64,000 bases of DNA from an uncultured delta proteobacterium (GTDB lineage Bacteria > Myxococcota_A > Polyangia > Haliangiales > Haliangiaceae): NCBI GenBank assembly GCA_963848295.1, contig CAWKDB010000002.1, positions 384,001 through 448,000 of the forward strand. The letters are read 5' to 3'. Both the position numbers and the translations under genes were made by a program. Below the pieces are notes generated by a model. It did no database searches. It was not told the DNA's origin and saw only the letters and a program-made list of their open reading frames with translations. Shown one piece after another: positions 8,724-18,703 of the stretch (positions are counted from its first letter, which is position 1; each line of letters begins with the position of its first letter).

Positions 8724-11700
8724 AGACCACGTCCCTCGCGCTGGTCGCGCTCGTCGCGACGGTCACCACGCCGGCGCTCGCCGACCATTCGAAGGAGCTC
8801 GACGTCCAGCGCGGGCCGACGAGCGAGCTCTACATTCGCAAACGGCCGCCGACTCCGGAAGCGCCGGTGCTGTCGGCCGAGCTCCAAGACCTGCTCAACA
8901 AGACCGAGAAGCGTCGCGACGACAAGCGCATCGAGGCGATCGGCGAGCTGCGGTCGTTCCTGACGAGCAAGCCGATCGGCGACGTCAAGGCCGACGGCAT
9001 GTTCAAGCTCGCCGAGCTGCTGTGGGAAGAAGCGCGCCGGCTGTTCCTGATCCGCATGGACGCGTACGGCCACGAGGTCGAGAAGTGCTCGCAACAGAAG
9101 GCGGCGTGCGACCCGCCGAAGGAGCCGAAGATCGATCTCAAGGAATCCGAGACGCTCTACAAGGAGCTCAAGGGCGAGTTCCCTGGCTACAAGCGGATGG
9201 ATCTCGTCACGTACCTGATCGGCTTCGCCGCGAAGGAAGATCAGCGCGAAGACGAGGCGATGGGCAACTTCCAGGAGGTGATCGCGAAGTATCCGACCTC
9301 GCCGCTCTACGGCGATGCGTGGATGATGATCGGCGAGCACTGGTTCGGCACGGGCAAGAACTGGGAAGAGGCCAAGGACGCCTACGAGCACGTCCCCGAC
9401 AGCGCCGCGACGAGCGACCTCGCGACGTTCAAGAGCGCGTGGTGCTACTGGAAGCTAGGCAACTCGATGAAGGCCGCCGAGCTGTTCAAGGCGGTGCTCG
9501 ACAAGCGCAAGCAGCAAGAGCTGACCGGCACCGCGGAGCAGAAACGACGCAGCCAGTCGCTCGCGGAAGAAGCACTCGACTACCTCGTCGTCGTGTTCAC
9601 CGAGGATCGGTCGCTGTCCGCGAAGGAGGTGTTCGCGTTTCTCCAGTCGATCAACGGCGAGGAGTACTCGCACGACGTCATGATCAAGGTCGCCGAGAGC
9701 TACGCGTCGCAGACCGAGTACGACCGGTCGAACGATGCCTTCAAGTTCCTCATCAACATGGATCCCGACTCGATCAAAGCGGCCGAGTACCAGCGGTCGA
9801 TCGTGACGAACTGGAACAGCGCGGGAGATCCGGACAAGGCCGAGGAAGAGATCAAGGCGCTGCTCGAGACCTACGGACCGGCGAGCCCGTGGGCCAAGGC
9901 GCAGAAGAATCGCGACGCGCTCGCCCGCTCGATGGATACGACCGAGGAGCTCGTCCGGGTCAGCGCGCAGAACATCCACGCGGTCGCGCAGCAGCGCGAG
10001 AAGAGCCTGAAGCTGCCCGAGCTCAAGCACTGCGCGACGAAGGTGCAGATCCCGGCCGAGCTCGTCGGCCTCTACACCCGCGCCGCCGATGCGTACTCCG
10101 AGTACCTGAGCGCATTCGCGGACAGCAAGGCGGCGGCCGAGCACGCCACCGAGATCCGCTACTACCGCGCCGACATCTTGTGCTTCAAGCTCGCGAAGGG
10201 CGAAGAGGCAGGCGACGAGTACCTCGCGGTCGGCAAGACCGCGCCGGTCGGCAAGCTCCACAAGCCGGCGCTGCTCAACGCGATCGATGCGTTCGAAGCG
10301 GCGCGGCCGAAGGACACCCAAGGCAAGCACCAGGTCTATCCCGTCGACGAGAAGTTCGGCGAAGCGCTCGATCTCTACGCGACGCTGTTCCCGGGTGACC
10401 CCGCGATCATCGGCCAGATCTACAAGAACGGCCAGATGTTCTACGACTACGGAGACTACGACAACGCGATCAAACGGTTCGGCGTGATCGTGACGCGGTA
10501 TCCGAAGAACGAAAACGCGGGTCCCGCCGGCGACAAGATCCTCGCGGCGCTCGGCAAGGCGAAGGACTTCGAGAACCTCGAGACCTGGGCGCGCAAGCTC
10601 AAGACCGCGCCGTCGTTTCAGGGCAAAGATCGTCAGGAGCTGCTGTCGAAGCTGATCGTCGAATCGATCCAGCGAAGCGGCGACAAGTTCAGCGATGCCG
10701 GCAAGTACGACAAGGCCGCGAAGTTCTACTTGCGAGTCCCGAAGGAGACCAATGACGTCAAGGTCGCTTCGCAGGCGATGATGAACGCCGGCAAGGCCTA
10801 CGAGCTCGCGAAGAAGCCCGAGGACGCGGCCGACGTGTATCTCGATGTCGCCGAGCAGTACGGCGACAAGGACCCCGGCATCGGTCAGAAGGCAGCGTTC
10901 ACCGCCGGTGTCGTCTACGAGAAGGTGCTGTTCTTCGACCGCGCGGCGAAGGCGTACGAGCTCGTCGTCAAGAAGTACAGCACCGGCAAGGACACCGAGC
11001 CGCAGAAGGCGTCGGACGCGCTCTACAACGCCGGCGTGCTGCGCCAGGCGCTCGGCCAGAACGACAAGGCGATCGAGCACTACAAGGCGTACGCGAAGAA
11101 GGGTGGCAAGGATGCCGGCGACGTCAGCTTCAACATCGGCGCGGTGTACGAAGAGTCGGGCCAAGACGGTCCCGCGATGAAGGCGTTCGAGGACTACGCC
11201 CGCACGAACAAGGGCAGCAAGCACACGGTCGAGGCGAACCTGCGCGCCGGCCGCACCGCGTACAAGCTCGGCAACACGAAGAAGGCGGAAGGCTACTTCG
11301 CCGCGACGCTCGCGGCGTTCAAGCGCTTGCCGGCGAAGGACCAGCTCGACGCGCGCCCGTTCGCGGGCGAGGCGCGCTACTTCCAGGGTGAGGTGTTCTT
11401 CAAGACCTACGAGGCGATCTCGCTCGACGTCCCCCCGAAAAAGCTGACCGTCGCGCTCAAGGCGAAGCTCAAGGCGCTCGCGAACGCGGAGAAGATCTAC
11501 AAGTCGGTCGCCGAGTACAAAGACGCGAAGTGGGGCTCGGCCGCCTTGTTCCGGATCGGCCAGGTTTACTCGGTGTTCGCCGACGCGCTGACCGTCGCGG
11601 GTAGCAAGTGCCCGGCCGGCCTGTCCGAAGGCGACTGTCAGGCGTACCAGGACACGATCAACGGCTACGTGATCAACACCCAGGACAAGGCGGTCACGGC

Positions 11701-11884
11701 GTATACGACCGGCTACGAGACCGCGTTGAAGCTCCAAGTGTACGACGAGTACACCGCGAAGATCCGCGCGGAGCTCGGCAAGCTCGATTCCGCGAAGTTC
11801 CCGCCCGAGCACGAAGCGCGCTCCCACGAGCGCGTCGGCGATCGCCCGCCGAACCCGGAGATGATCACGGAGGTCGCGCGATGA
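8720..11884 (+). CDS. Large TPR protein, GltD (AgmU)/NfsD-like
   Basis: 1054 aa, signal peptide, many TPRs, C-terminal WGSAALFRIG...DKAVTAY...YDEYTAK segment. Confidence 0.8.
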   Translation: MKTTSLALVALVATVTTPALADHSKELDVQRGPTSELYIRKRPPTPEAPVLSAELQDLLNKTEKRRDDKRIEAIGELRSFLTSKPIGDVKADGMFKLAELLWEEARRLFLIRMDAYGHEVEKCSQQKAACDPPKEPKIDLKESETLYKELKGEFPGYKRMDLVTYLIGFAAKEDQREDEAMGNFQEVIAKYPTSPLYGDAWMMIGEHWFGTGKNWEEAKDAYEHVPDSAATSDLATFKSAWCYWKLGNSMKAAELFKAVLDKRKQQELTGTAEQKRRSQSLAEEALDYLVVVFTEDRSLSAKEVFAFLQSINGEEYSHDVMIKVAESYASQTEYDRSNDAFKFLINMDPDSIKAAEYQRSIVTNWNSAGDPDKAEEEIKALLETYGPASPWAKAQKNRDALARSMDTTEELVRVSAQNIHAVAQQREKSLKLPELKHCATKVQIPAELVGLYTRAADAYSEYLSAFADSKAAAEHATEIRYYRADILCFKLAKGEEAGDEYLAVGKTAPVGKLHKPALLNAIDAFEAARPKDTQGKHQVYPVDEKFGEALDLYATLFPGDPAIIGQIYKNGQMFYDYGDYDNAIKRFGVIVTRYPKNENAGPAGDKILAALGKAKDFENLETWARKLKTAPSFQGKDRQELLSKLIVESIQRSGDKFSDAGKYDKAAKFYLRVPKETNDVKVASQAMMNAGKAYELAKKPEDAADVYLDVAEQYGDKDPGIGQKAAFTAGVVYEKVLFFDRAAKAYELVVKKYSTGKDTEPQKASDALYNAGVLRQALGQNDKAIEHYKAYAKKGGKDAGDVSFNIGAVYEESGQDGPAMKAFEDYARTNKGSKHTVEANLRAGRTAYKLGNTKKAEGYFAATLAAFKRLPAKDQLDARPFAGEARYFQGEVFFKTYEAISLDVPPKKLTVALKAKLKALANAEKIYKSVAEYKDAKWGSAALFRIGQVYSVFADALTVAGSKCPAGLSEGDCQAYQDTINGYVINTQDKAVTAYTTGYETALKLQVYDEYTAKIRAELGKLDSAKFPPEHEARSHERVGDRPPNPEMITEVAR

Positions 11885-13008
11885 GGGGCGCCATCGCCGT
11901 GGTGCTCGCGCTCGCCGCATGTGGCGGCGCCCAGAAGGGCGCGCGCACGGTCGCCGGCAAGGGCCGGAGCGAGAAGCCGCACGACAAGATCAGCGCCTCG
12001 GCCTCGAAGGCGTTCGAGTCGGCCGTGCGCGCCCTGCATGTCGGCGGCCCCGATTCGTACGACACCGCGAAGGGCCGGTTCAAGGACGCGCTCAAGCAAG
12101 ACAGCTCGATCTGGGAGGCTTGGTACGACCTCGGCGTGATCGCCTGGAAGAGCGGCGACGACGACGAATCGATCGACGACTTCAGCAAGGCGCTCGCGCT
12201 CAACCCCGGCCACACCCAATCGCTCCTCGCGCGTGCCGAGGCGCACCGCCGCGCCGGACACAAGGACAAGGCGCAAAACGACTACGAGACCGCGCTCAAG
12301 GGCATGGATGACGACGATCCGAATCGCCGCGACACCGCGGCGCGGCTCGCGTCCTTGTTTCGCGACAGCGGCAAGTACGACGAAGCGGTCGCGGTGATTC
12401 GCGACACCGTGCGGTTGTCCGGCACGAACGCGAAGATCTACACCGAGCTCGCCGAGGTCTACATCGCGCAGAAGCGGTTCGAGCTCGCGCAGCTGTTGCT
12501 CGCGAAGGCGATCGAAGCCGACCCGAAGGATCCAGCGATCTACAACGCCCTCGCGGTGCTCGCGCAGCGCCAGGGCAAGTCGCAGGAGGCGTTCCAACGC
12601 TTCGACAGGGCGGCCGAGCTCGATCCGAATTATCTCGACGCGCGATTCAACAAGGCGTCGATCTTGCTCGACGCCGGTGACTACGACCGGGCCGACAAGG
12701 AGCTCACCGACATCGTCCAGAAGCGCGATGACGACTACGGCGCGATGGTCTCGCTCGGCGTGGCCCAACGCGGGCTCAAGGACTTCCCCGGTGCCAAGAA
12801 GACCTGGTCACGCGTGATCAAAGACGCACCGAGGCACTCCACCGCGCGCTACGACGCGCTCTACGATCTCGCCCTGCTCGAGATCGATTTCTTGCAGGAC
12901 GCCGATGCCGGCAAGGCGGATCTGGCGAAGTATCTGCAAGAAGCCCCCGATGGGCATTCCAAGCACGGAGACGCGGAGAACAAGTGCAAGGACATCAAAT
13001 GCAAATGA
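11881..13008 (+). CDS. TPR lipoprotein, GltE (AglT)/NfsE-like
   Basis: [16 protein letters not shown] lipobox; tandem TPRs ([22 protein letters not shown]). Confidence 0.8.
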   Translation: MRGAIAVVLALAACGGAQKGARTVAGKGRSEKPHDKISASASKAFESAVRALHVGGPDSYDTAKGRFKDALKQDSSIWEAWYDLGVIAWKSGDDDESIDDFSKALALNPGHTQSLLARAEAHRRAGHKDKAQNDYETALKGMDDDDPNRRDTAARLASLFRDSGKYDEAVAVIRDTVRLSGTNAKIYTELAEVYIAQKRFELAQLLLAKAIEADPKDPAIYNALAVLAQRQGKSQEAFQRFDRAAELDPNYLDARFNKASILLDAGDYDRADKELTDIVQKRDDDYGAMVSLGVAQRGLKDFPGAKKTWSRVIKDAPRHSTARYDALYDLALLEIDFLQDADAGKADLAKYLQEAPDGHSKHGDAENKCKDIKCK

Positions 13009-13328
13009 GGTCGCGGGCCCCCGCGTGGGGGCTGATGTCCGCGCTCTTGCTGTGCGTGCTCGCCGCACCTGTCGCTGCTCAACCGAAAGGTAAGGACAAA
13101 GCGCCCGTGACCGCGGCAACCGCCACCCCCGGCGAGACCGCGAGGGTCAAGAAGACCGGCAAAGCGAAGGACTTCGACTTCACCGGCATCAACTTCACCA
13201 GCTCGTTGCGAACTCCTCAACTGTTATACTTTTTGGAGCGCGCGAACGAGGAGCTCGAACGTGCGAGCCTGGAGAAGCGCTCGTTTATTCCGCACATGGT
13301 GCGGTCGGTCGAGGAAGAGGCGTTATGA
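13005..13328 (+). CDS. Small periplasmic protein, GltF (CglF)/NfsF-like
   Basis: Signal peptide; [17 protein letters not shown]...[13 protein letters not shown] resembles the GltF C-terminus; position between E and G. Confidence 0.7.
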   Translation: MRSRAPAWGLMSALLLCVLAAPVAAQPKGKDKAPVTAATATPGETARVKKTGKAKDFDFTGINFTSSLRTPQLLYFLERANEELERASLEKRSFIPHMVRSVEEEAL

Positions 13329-14890
13329 GCACGGTCGCGCTCCGAACTGCGTTGATCTGGAATGACGAGGTCATGGATGACGTCGTCATCGAGAACCCCA
13401 CCAAGATCACGGTCGGAGCGAGCGGCAAGCCCACGTTCATCGTCCCCGATATCGGCCTGCCCCCGGGGTTCGCGATCGTCCGCCCGGGCAATCGCGGCTA
13501 CTTGCTCACGCTGGGCGAGCGCATGCGCGGCACGATCTGTATCGAGGGCCAGCAGAAGGACGTCCGCGACTTCGTGCAGCGCGGCGGCGACGGCGACGGC
13601 CAGGGCGGCTTTCGCGCGACCCCGATCAGCGGGCGCGATTGGGGCGTCATCGACCTCGACGAGACCGCCCAGTACAAGCTGTTCTTCCAGTTCGTCCCGG
13701 TCGAGGACGCGCAGCCGTTCTTCACGAAGCAAGTCATCTTGGCCGGCGCGGCCGGATGGCTGATCTCGTGTCTCGGCCTCGCGATCATGTGGTTCTTCAA
13801 GGGCGAGGATCTCGGCGAGTCGCTGTTCCGCGGCGCGATGATCGCGACCGGCGCGATCGCGATCGGCGGCCTGTTGCGCTGGATCGTCAAGCAAGACGGC
13901 GAATCGCAAGCCTCGCTCGCGTTCTCGGCCGTGCTGCACGCCGCGCTGCTGTTCATGACGTATCAACTCTACGACGGCTCGAACGCCTTCGCGTGGCCGG
14001 GCTCGCGCTCGCTCACCGGCAATTACTTGGTGACCCGGCTCGAGCCCGAGAAGCCGCCGGAGCCGCCGAAACCGGTGGTCGGCGCCAAGAACCAAGAAGA
14101 GAACGCGCCGAAGGCGGAGACGCCGAAGGTCTCGCACGCCGCGACCAAGGGCGACGAAGGCGCCGCCGGTGGCAAAGGCGACAAAGAGCGCTATCGCGAT
14201 CCCTCCGCAAAGAACAAGCCGGTCGCACCGCCGGTCGCGCTACTCGAGGACAAGAACCGCCGCCAGCTCGATCAGATGCTGCAGAAGGACATGGACCTCG
14301 GCCAGTTCGGCGGCCTCGAGGGTCCGCATCGCGATGGCACGCTCGGCCACGGCGAGACCCACGGCTCCGGGGTCGGCGTGTGCCTGCCCGGGATGGCGTG
14401 CACCGGCACGACCAAAGGCAGCATGGGCAAAGGTGTCGGCGGCAATGGCTTCTCCGACAACGACATCGTGCGCGGTAGAGGCAAGATCGACACCGGCACG
14501 CAGCGCGCCGGCGGAACGTGCACCGGACCGAACTGCGGCGGCACCGGGGCTCGCCCCGTGAAGATCGCGATGGCCGGTCCGAGCGACGCCGACGGTGGGT
14601 TGACCGCCGAGCAGATCGACAAGGTCGTACGCGCACGCCAGGGCTTGTTCCGCGCTTGCTATACGCGCGAGCTCCAGCGGTCGCCCGGGCTCGGCGGCAA
14701 GCTCGTCATGAAGTTCTCGATCGGCACTGATGGCTCGGTGAAGAGCGCGAACCTCGGACCGGGCTCGACGCTGAGTAACGAAGCGGTGTCGAGCTGCGTG
14801 CAACGCAACCTGATGGGCTTGAAGTTCCCAGCGGCGAGCTCGCCGTCGAACGTGAAATACCCGTTTGGCTTTTCACAAGGAGCAAGCTGA
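13325..14890 (+). CDS. TonB/TolA-like energy transducer, GltG (PglI)/NfsG-like, AgmX/PglI C-terminal domain
   Basis: N-terminal degenerate FHA-like beta domain, TM with [11 protein letters not shown] (S-x3-H) motif, Pro/Gly-rich linker, [12 protein letters not shown]...[19 protein letters not shown]...CV...KFP...VKYPF. Confidence 0.85.
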   Translation: MSTVALRTALIWNDEVMDDVVIENPTKITVGASGKPTFIVPDIGLPPGFAIVRPGNRGYLLTLGERMRGTICIEGQQKDVRDFVQRGGDGDGQGGFRATPISGRDWGVIDLDETAQYKLFFQFVPVEDAQPFFTKQVILAGAAGWLISCLGLAIMWFFKGEDLGESLFRGAMIATGAIAIGGLLRWIVKQDGESQASLAFSAVLHAALLFMTYQLYDGSNAFAWPGSRSLTGNYLVTRLEPEKPPEPPKPVVGAKNQEENAPKAETPKVSHAATKGDEGAAGGKGDKERYRDPSAKNKPVAPPVALLEDKNRRQLDQMLQKDMDLGQFGGLEGPHRDGTLGHGETHGSGVGVCLPGMACTGTTKGSMGKGVGGNGFSDNDIVRGRGKIDTGTQRAGGTCTGPNCGGTGARPVKIAMAGPSDADGGLTAEQIDKVVRARQGLFRACYTRELQRSPGLGGKLVMKFSIGTDGSVKSANLGPGSTLSNEAVSSCVQRNLMGLKFPAASSPSNVKYPFGFSQGAS

Positions 14891-14891
14891 T

Positions 14892-15722
14892 ATGCGCACT
14901 CAAATCCTCGGACTGACCCTGGGGCTCGCGCTGGCGAGCGGTTGCGTCAACGACCCGCAGTATGTTCCATCGCCCGACACCCTCGAAGCTGGCGCGGACG
15001 ACGGTATGGGTGGGCTGACGACCGCGACGTCGTCGCTGATGCTGCCGATCAAGCTCGAGACCACGAAGGACGCCGCGACCCGCGCGGCGCTCGCGACCCA
15101 GCTCGGCGTGATGGTCCCGTACGTCAAGGTCGGCGACATCGCGGTCGAAGTCGATTGGACGGTGACGAACCTCGACAGCGATCCGGCGCAGTTCGTGATC
15201 GACCTCAACGCTGGGAACGAGTTCTGGTACTACGATCCGACGCTGATCAACCTCGCCGCGCCCGGCGACGATGAAGCGCCACCGACGCCGCAGCTGCAAG
15301 GCAACATCCCGACCGACATCGGTCCGAACGCGGTCGTGACCGGTACGTTCCGCGAGGATCAGACGCTCGAAGCCTCGGTCGACCTCGACGAGATCACGCG
15401 CGGCAACATCACGCCGTTCTACTCGACGAACGTCGTCAACAAGAACGACCCGAGCTTCCAGCCGATGAGCGCCCCGATGCCGGACAACGTCGACTACGTC
15501 GCGACCCCGGTGGGCCCGGTGATCCCGCGCGCGGCGTTCGCCGAGATCATCCGGTACGACTTCACGTTCAAGCCCGACCACCACATGACGATGACCTACG
15601 AAGTGCGGATCCGAGATCTCCGCGGCATCGTGGATACCAAGGGCCTCGACGCGCCGGCCGGCGAGCTGACGGTGTTCGCACCAATGGCGTATACGGTCGG
15701 AACGCCGGCCACCGGTAGCTGA
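14892..15722 (+). CDS. Hypothetical lipoprotein within the Glt-like operon
   Basis: MRTQILGLTLGLALASGC lipobox; starts 1 nt after the gltG-like stop. Confidence 0.75.
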   Translation: MRTQILGLTLGLALASGCVNDPQYVPSPDTLEAGADDGMGGLTTATSSLMLPIKLETTKDAATRAALATQLGVMVPYVKVGDIAVEVDWTVTNLDSDPAQFVIDLNAGNEFWYYDPTLINLAAPGDDEAPPTPQLQGNIPTDIGPNAVVTGTFREDQTLEASVDLDEITRGNITPFYSTNVVNKNDPSFQPMSAPMPDNVDYVATPVGPVIPRAAFAEIIRYDFTFKPDHHMTMTYEVRIRDLRGIVDTKGLDAPAGELTVFAPMAYTVGTPATGS

Positions 15723-15804
15723 GCGAGCCGCAAGGGCCATCGGCTCGGGCGAAAGTCGGTCGCGGACGCGCGCTCGAGCCCCGGTTCGCTTACCATTGGA
15801 GAGC

Positions 15805-16482
15805 ATGGTCGGTCGCTATGCTGTGACGTTCGTCGTGGTCGCCGCACTCGCTGGCGTCGCCGCTGCCGACGGCGATGGCGCCGGATCGGGCGCTGGTGCA
15901 GGCTCCGGCTCCGCGAGTGCTATCGACACGCAGACCGATCAGCCCACGACCCTGATCGTCCCGGCGAGCTCCGGCCGCGCGGCATCGACCGGGTTCTTCG
16001 CCGAAGGCGGGCTCGGAGCGGTCGTGTTCACGCCACACGCCGCGAAAGACGCCGCGGCTGGCCCTTCGATCGACCTGCGGATCGGCCGCGATCTGTTCTC
16101 GTGGTTCTCGGTCGGGATCTATCTGTCGGCATCGAACCACGAGGCGACCGTGCCACCTCCGCCGGTCGGCCAGTGGTTCCAGCTCTACCGCGGCGGCATC
16201 GACGGCAGGCTCGGCGGCCGCATCAACCGCATCGCGTTCTTCATCGAGGGCGGCGCCGGTGCGTCGATGATCTCGTCGAACATCCTCGAACAGGTCATGA
16301 TCACGAAGCCGGGCAAGTCATTCTCGGCGACCTTCCACGGCGGCGCCGGACTCGAGTATCAACTCGAGAACCGCCACTATGCGTTCGGCCTCGCCGCCGA
16401 CGGGTTCATCGAGCCTGAGTTCGACAGCATCAAGGGCGTCGATGGTCGGCTCTACCTCCGCTACACGTACGGCGGCGGCTAG
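15805..16482 (+). CDS. Outer-membrane beta-barrel protein, GltH (CglE)/NfsH-like
   Basis: Signal peptide; TGFFAEGGLG...IGRDLFSWFSVG...GGAGLEYQLENRHYAFGL...LYLRYTY terminal strand. Confidence 0.65.
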   Translation: MVGRYAVTFVVVAALAGVAAADGDGAGSGAGAGSGSASAIDTQTDQPTTLIVPASSGRAASTGFFAEGGLGAVVFTPHAAKDAAAGPSIDLRIGRDLFSWFSVGIYLSASNHEATVPPPPVGQWFQLYRGGIDGRLGGRINRIAFFIEGGAGASMISSNILEQVMITKPGKSFSATFHGGAGLEYQLENRHYAFGLAADGFIEPEFDSIKGVDGRLYLRYTYGGG

Positions 16483-16515
16483 GTGGGTGAAGCGCGTAGC
16501 GCTTCGGGACCCACC
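16483..16515. terminator. Hairpin between convergent genes (terminator or REP-like)
   Basis: GGTGGGT-GAAGCG-CGTAG-CGCTTC-GGG-ACCCACC inverted repeat. Confidence 0.5.
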
Positions 16516-16541
16516 TTGTGCCGCTCCTAGCGGCCTAGCCG

Positions 16542-17627
16542 CTACCTGATGAGCTTGCCGGCGAAGTCGAGCGTCGCGGATGTCTCGACCAGGAGCAGGG
16601 CCTTGTCCTCGTGAGTCAGCTGCTTGGCGTCGAGCCCGAGCGCCTTCCAGAACGCGCCGCCACCGGGCCCATGCTCGGTCGCTATCGCGCGAGCGCGGAC
16701 GACGAGCCGCCCGGGCGCGTACTGAAGGCTCGGGAAATCGTCCCAGGTCTCGACCTGCCACGTGTCTTCCCGGCTGACATGCGGAGGGTTCGAGGCGAGC
16801 GCCTTCAGCGTGCTCACCGGCTTGCTCTCGAGAAATGCGCGGACATCGGTGAGGTCGGCGATGACCGTCGTATTCGCATCGATCTTCCCGTTGAGGCACG
16901 GGAGGTCGAACGTGAAATCGACGCCTTCCCAACGGAACGACGCGCTCGCGCTCGGCACGGCGCAGTCCGAGCTCGCCCCGAGATCGCAGCCGAGCGTGAG
17001 ATGTGAGACCACGATGTCCGCGCCGAGCGCCGCGTGGATGCGCGGGTCGGTCCGCAGACTCTTCGCGCACGCGGTCGCAGGCGATCGAGGCTGCTGGATG
17101 CCCGTGAACTCGTCGAGCCTCATGAATTCGCCTCCGAGCCCGGTGAACGCCTCCGGGCTGTCGGGCGGGGTCTTCCAATGCTCCGGATCGATCGCGGCGA
17201 GCAGCTGGTGGACCGCGATCCCGACCGCGCCATTGTATTGCGCGGATAGCTTGCCGCGCTCGGTCACCATCCACGGCACGCCGAGGTGGCAGTTTGAATT
17301 CGATGCGAGCTCGATCGGGCGCTCGCCCTCGATCGTGACCTTGAACGCTGGATAGTCGTCGGTGTGCGAGATGCAGCGCTGGACACGGTCGACCGCGTGC
17401 AGCCCGGTCAACGCGATGTAGAGCGCGTCGATCGCCGCACCATCGACTGCCTTGTCCGCGAGCTGGAAGCCACCGCCCGGCTTCGCGTCGATCACGTAGT
17501 GCAGCTCGTTGTGATGGAACGACGTGTAGTTGTAGTCGATCGTGACGGTCTTGATCCGCGGGTGATGTGCCGGCACCGCCCGGGCGACGGTGGTTGCGAG
17601 CGCGACGGCGGCGAGCGCGAGCTTCAT
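16542..17627 (-). CDS. Secreted hypothetical protein (SHTDDYP family, paralogue 1)
   Basis: Signal peptide; CISHTDDYP...SNSNC...PWMV; clear paralogy to the next ORF. Confidence 0.8.
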   Translation of the reverse strand: MKLALAAVALATTVARAVPAHHPRIKTVTIDYNYTSFHHNELHYVIDAKPGGGFQLADKAVDGAAIDALYIALTGLHAVDRVQRCISHTDDYPAFKVTIEGERPIELASNSNCHLGVPWMVTERGKLSAQYNGAVGIAVHQLLAAIDPEHWKTPPDSPEAFTGLGGEFMRLDEFTGIQQPRSPATACAKSLRTDPRIHAALGADIVVSHLTLGCDLGASSDCAVPSASASFRWEGVDFTFDLPCLNGKIDANTTVIADLTDVRAFLESKPVSTLKALASNPPHVSREDTWQVETWDDFPSLQYAPGRLVVRARAIATEHGPGGGAFWKALGLDAKQLTHEDKALLLVETSATLDFAGKLIR

Positions 17628-17650
17628 CGCACTAGGTTAGCGCGGCGCCG

Positions 17651-18703
17651 TCACTGGATCAGCTGTCCATCGAAGTCGATGAGGCCGCCGAACATAGGCG
17701 GCGCCGGGGTCACGCCGAGCGTGGTCCAGAACGGGCTCGCAGGATCGCCGTGGCGAGCCCTGAACACCATGTCGATCGAAGGTTGGCCGGGATCGTAAGC
17801 CAGCTCGGGCAGCGCCGGGTCGAGGGGCACGAGCCGCCAATGATCTCCGTGCAGGAGCTGCGGGTGACTCGATAGCTGGACGATCACGCGGGCCGGCTTG
17901 CTGTCGAGGAAGCGGCGGAGGTCGGCCACGAGCTTCGTGGATGCTTCCGGCCAATCGACCGCGCCGTTCGCGCACACGAACGAGAACCGGGCGTCGACGT
18001 CATCCCAGTCAAACCGCGCCGACGCGTCGAGCTTGATGCACGCGGGGTCGTGCGCGCGATCGCACGCGAGCGCGAGCTCGGCGATCTTGATCGGAACGCC
18101 GAACGCGTCGCGGACCGCGGAGCTGGCCTCGATGCGATGCGCGCACGCTGCGGCGGCAGACGACTCGTCACCGCCCGCGCGGTACTGGCCGAGCAACAAC
18201 CGCTCGCCCGGCGGACGCGGCGCCGGCACGGGCCAGGCGTCCGGGTCGACCTCCGCGAGCAGGCTCGCGACCGCGTGGCCGACGTCGCCGTCGTACTGCG
18301 CGAAGCGATGGTCGCCGACCTCGACGGCCCACGGCGCGTTCCATCGGCAGTTCGACGACGACCACAGGTCGAGTGGATGCGTGCCCTCGACCACGATCGA
18401 GTACGACGGATAGTCGTCGGTGTGCGAGAGGCAACCGGGCACGGTCTCGGCCGGCACGAGGCCGGTCAGCGCCGCATATAGCGCCTCGATCGCGCCGAGG
18501 TCGATGGCGTGCCGATCGGTGACGTAACCGACGTGCGGATTCCATTCGATGACGTAGCTCGCGGACGTCGCCGTGAACGACCGATGGTCGTAGGCGATCG
18601 TGATCCGCGTCGCGCCCTGGACCGGCACGCTCGGCGGCGCGGGGTAATCGCCGTGCGCGAGCGTGCAACCGGCCAGGGTCACGAGCGCGAGCTTGGTCAC
18701 CAT
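17651..18703 (-). CDS. Hypothetical lipoprotein (SHTDDYP family, paralogue 2)
   Basis: MVTKLALVTLAGC lipobox; CLSHTDDYP...SSSNC...PWAV. Confidence 0.8.
   Translation of the reverse strand: MVTKLALVTLAGCTLAHGDYPAPPSVPVQGATRITIAYDHRSFTATSASYVIEWNPHVGYVTDRHAIDLGAIEALYAALTGLVPAETVPGCLSHTDDYPSYSIVVEGTHPLDLWSSSNCRWNAPWAVEVGDHRFAQYDGDVGHAVASLLAEVDPDAWPVPAPRPPGERLLLGQYRAGGDESSAAAACAHRIEASSAVRDAFGVPIKIAELALACDRAHDPACIKLDASARFDWDDVDARFSFVCANGAVDWPEASTKLVADLRRFLDSKPARVIVQLSSHPQLLHGDHWRLVPLDPALPELAYDPGQPSIDMVFRARHGDPASPFWTTLGVTPAPPMFGGLIDFDGQLIQ

Noticed and set aside
9455..11920. Long antisense ORFs (also 26637-28415, 33168-35153 and others)
   Set aside because: Shadow ORFs caused by high-GC codon bias opposite real genes; no motifs
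4330..16482. Calling the cluster the bona fide gliding (glt) or sporulation (nfs) locus with gene symbols
   Set aside because: Orthology cannot be established without phylogeny; gltI/J/K and aglRQS equivalents were not recognised here
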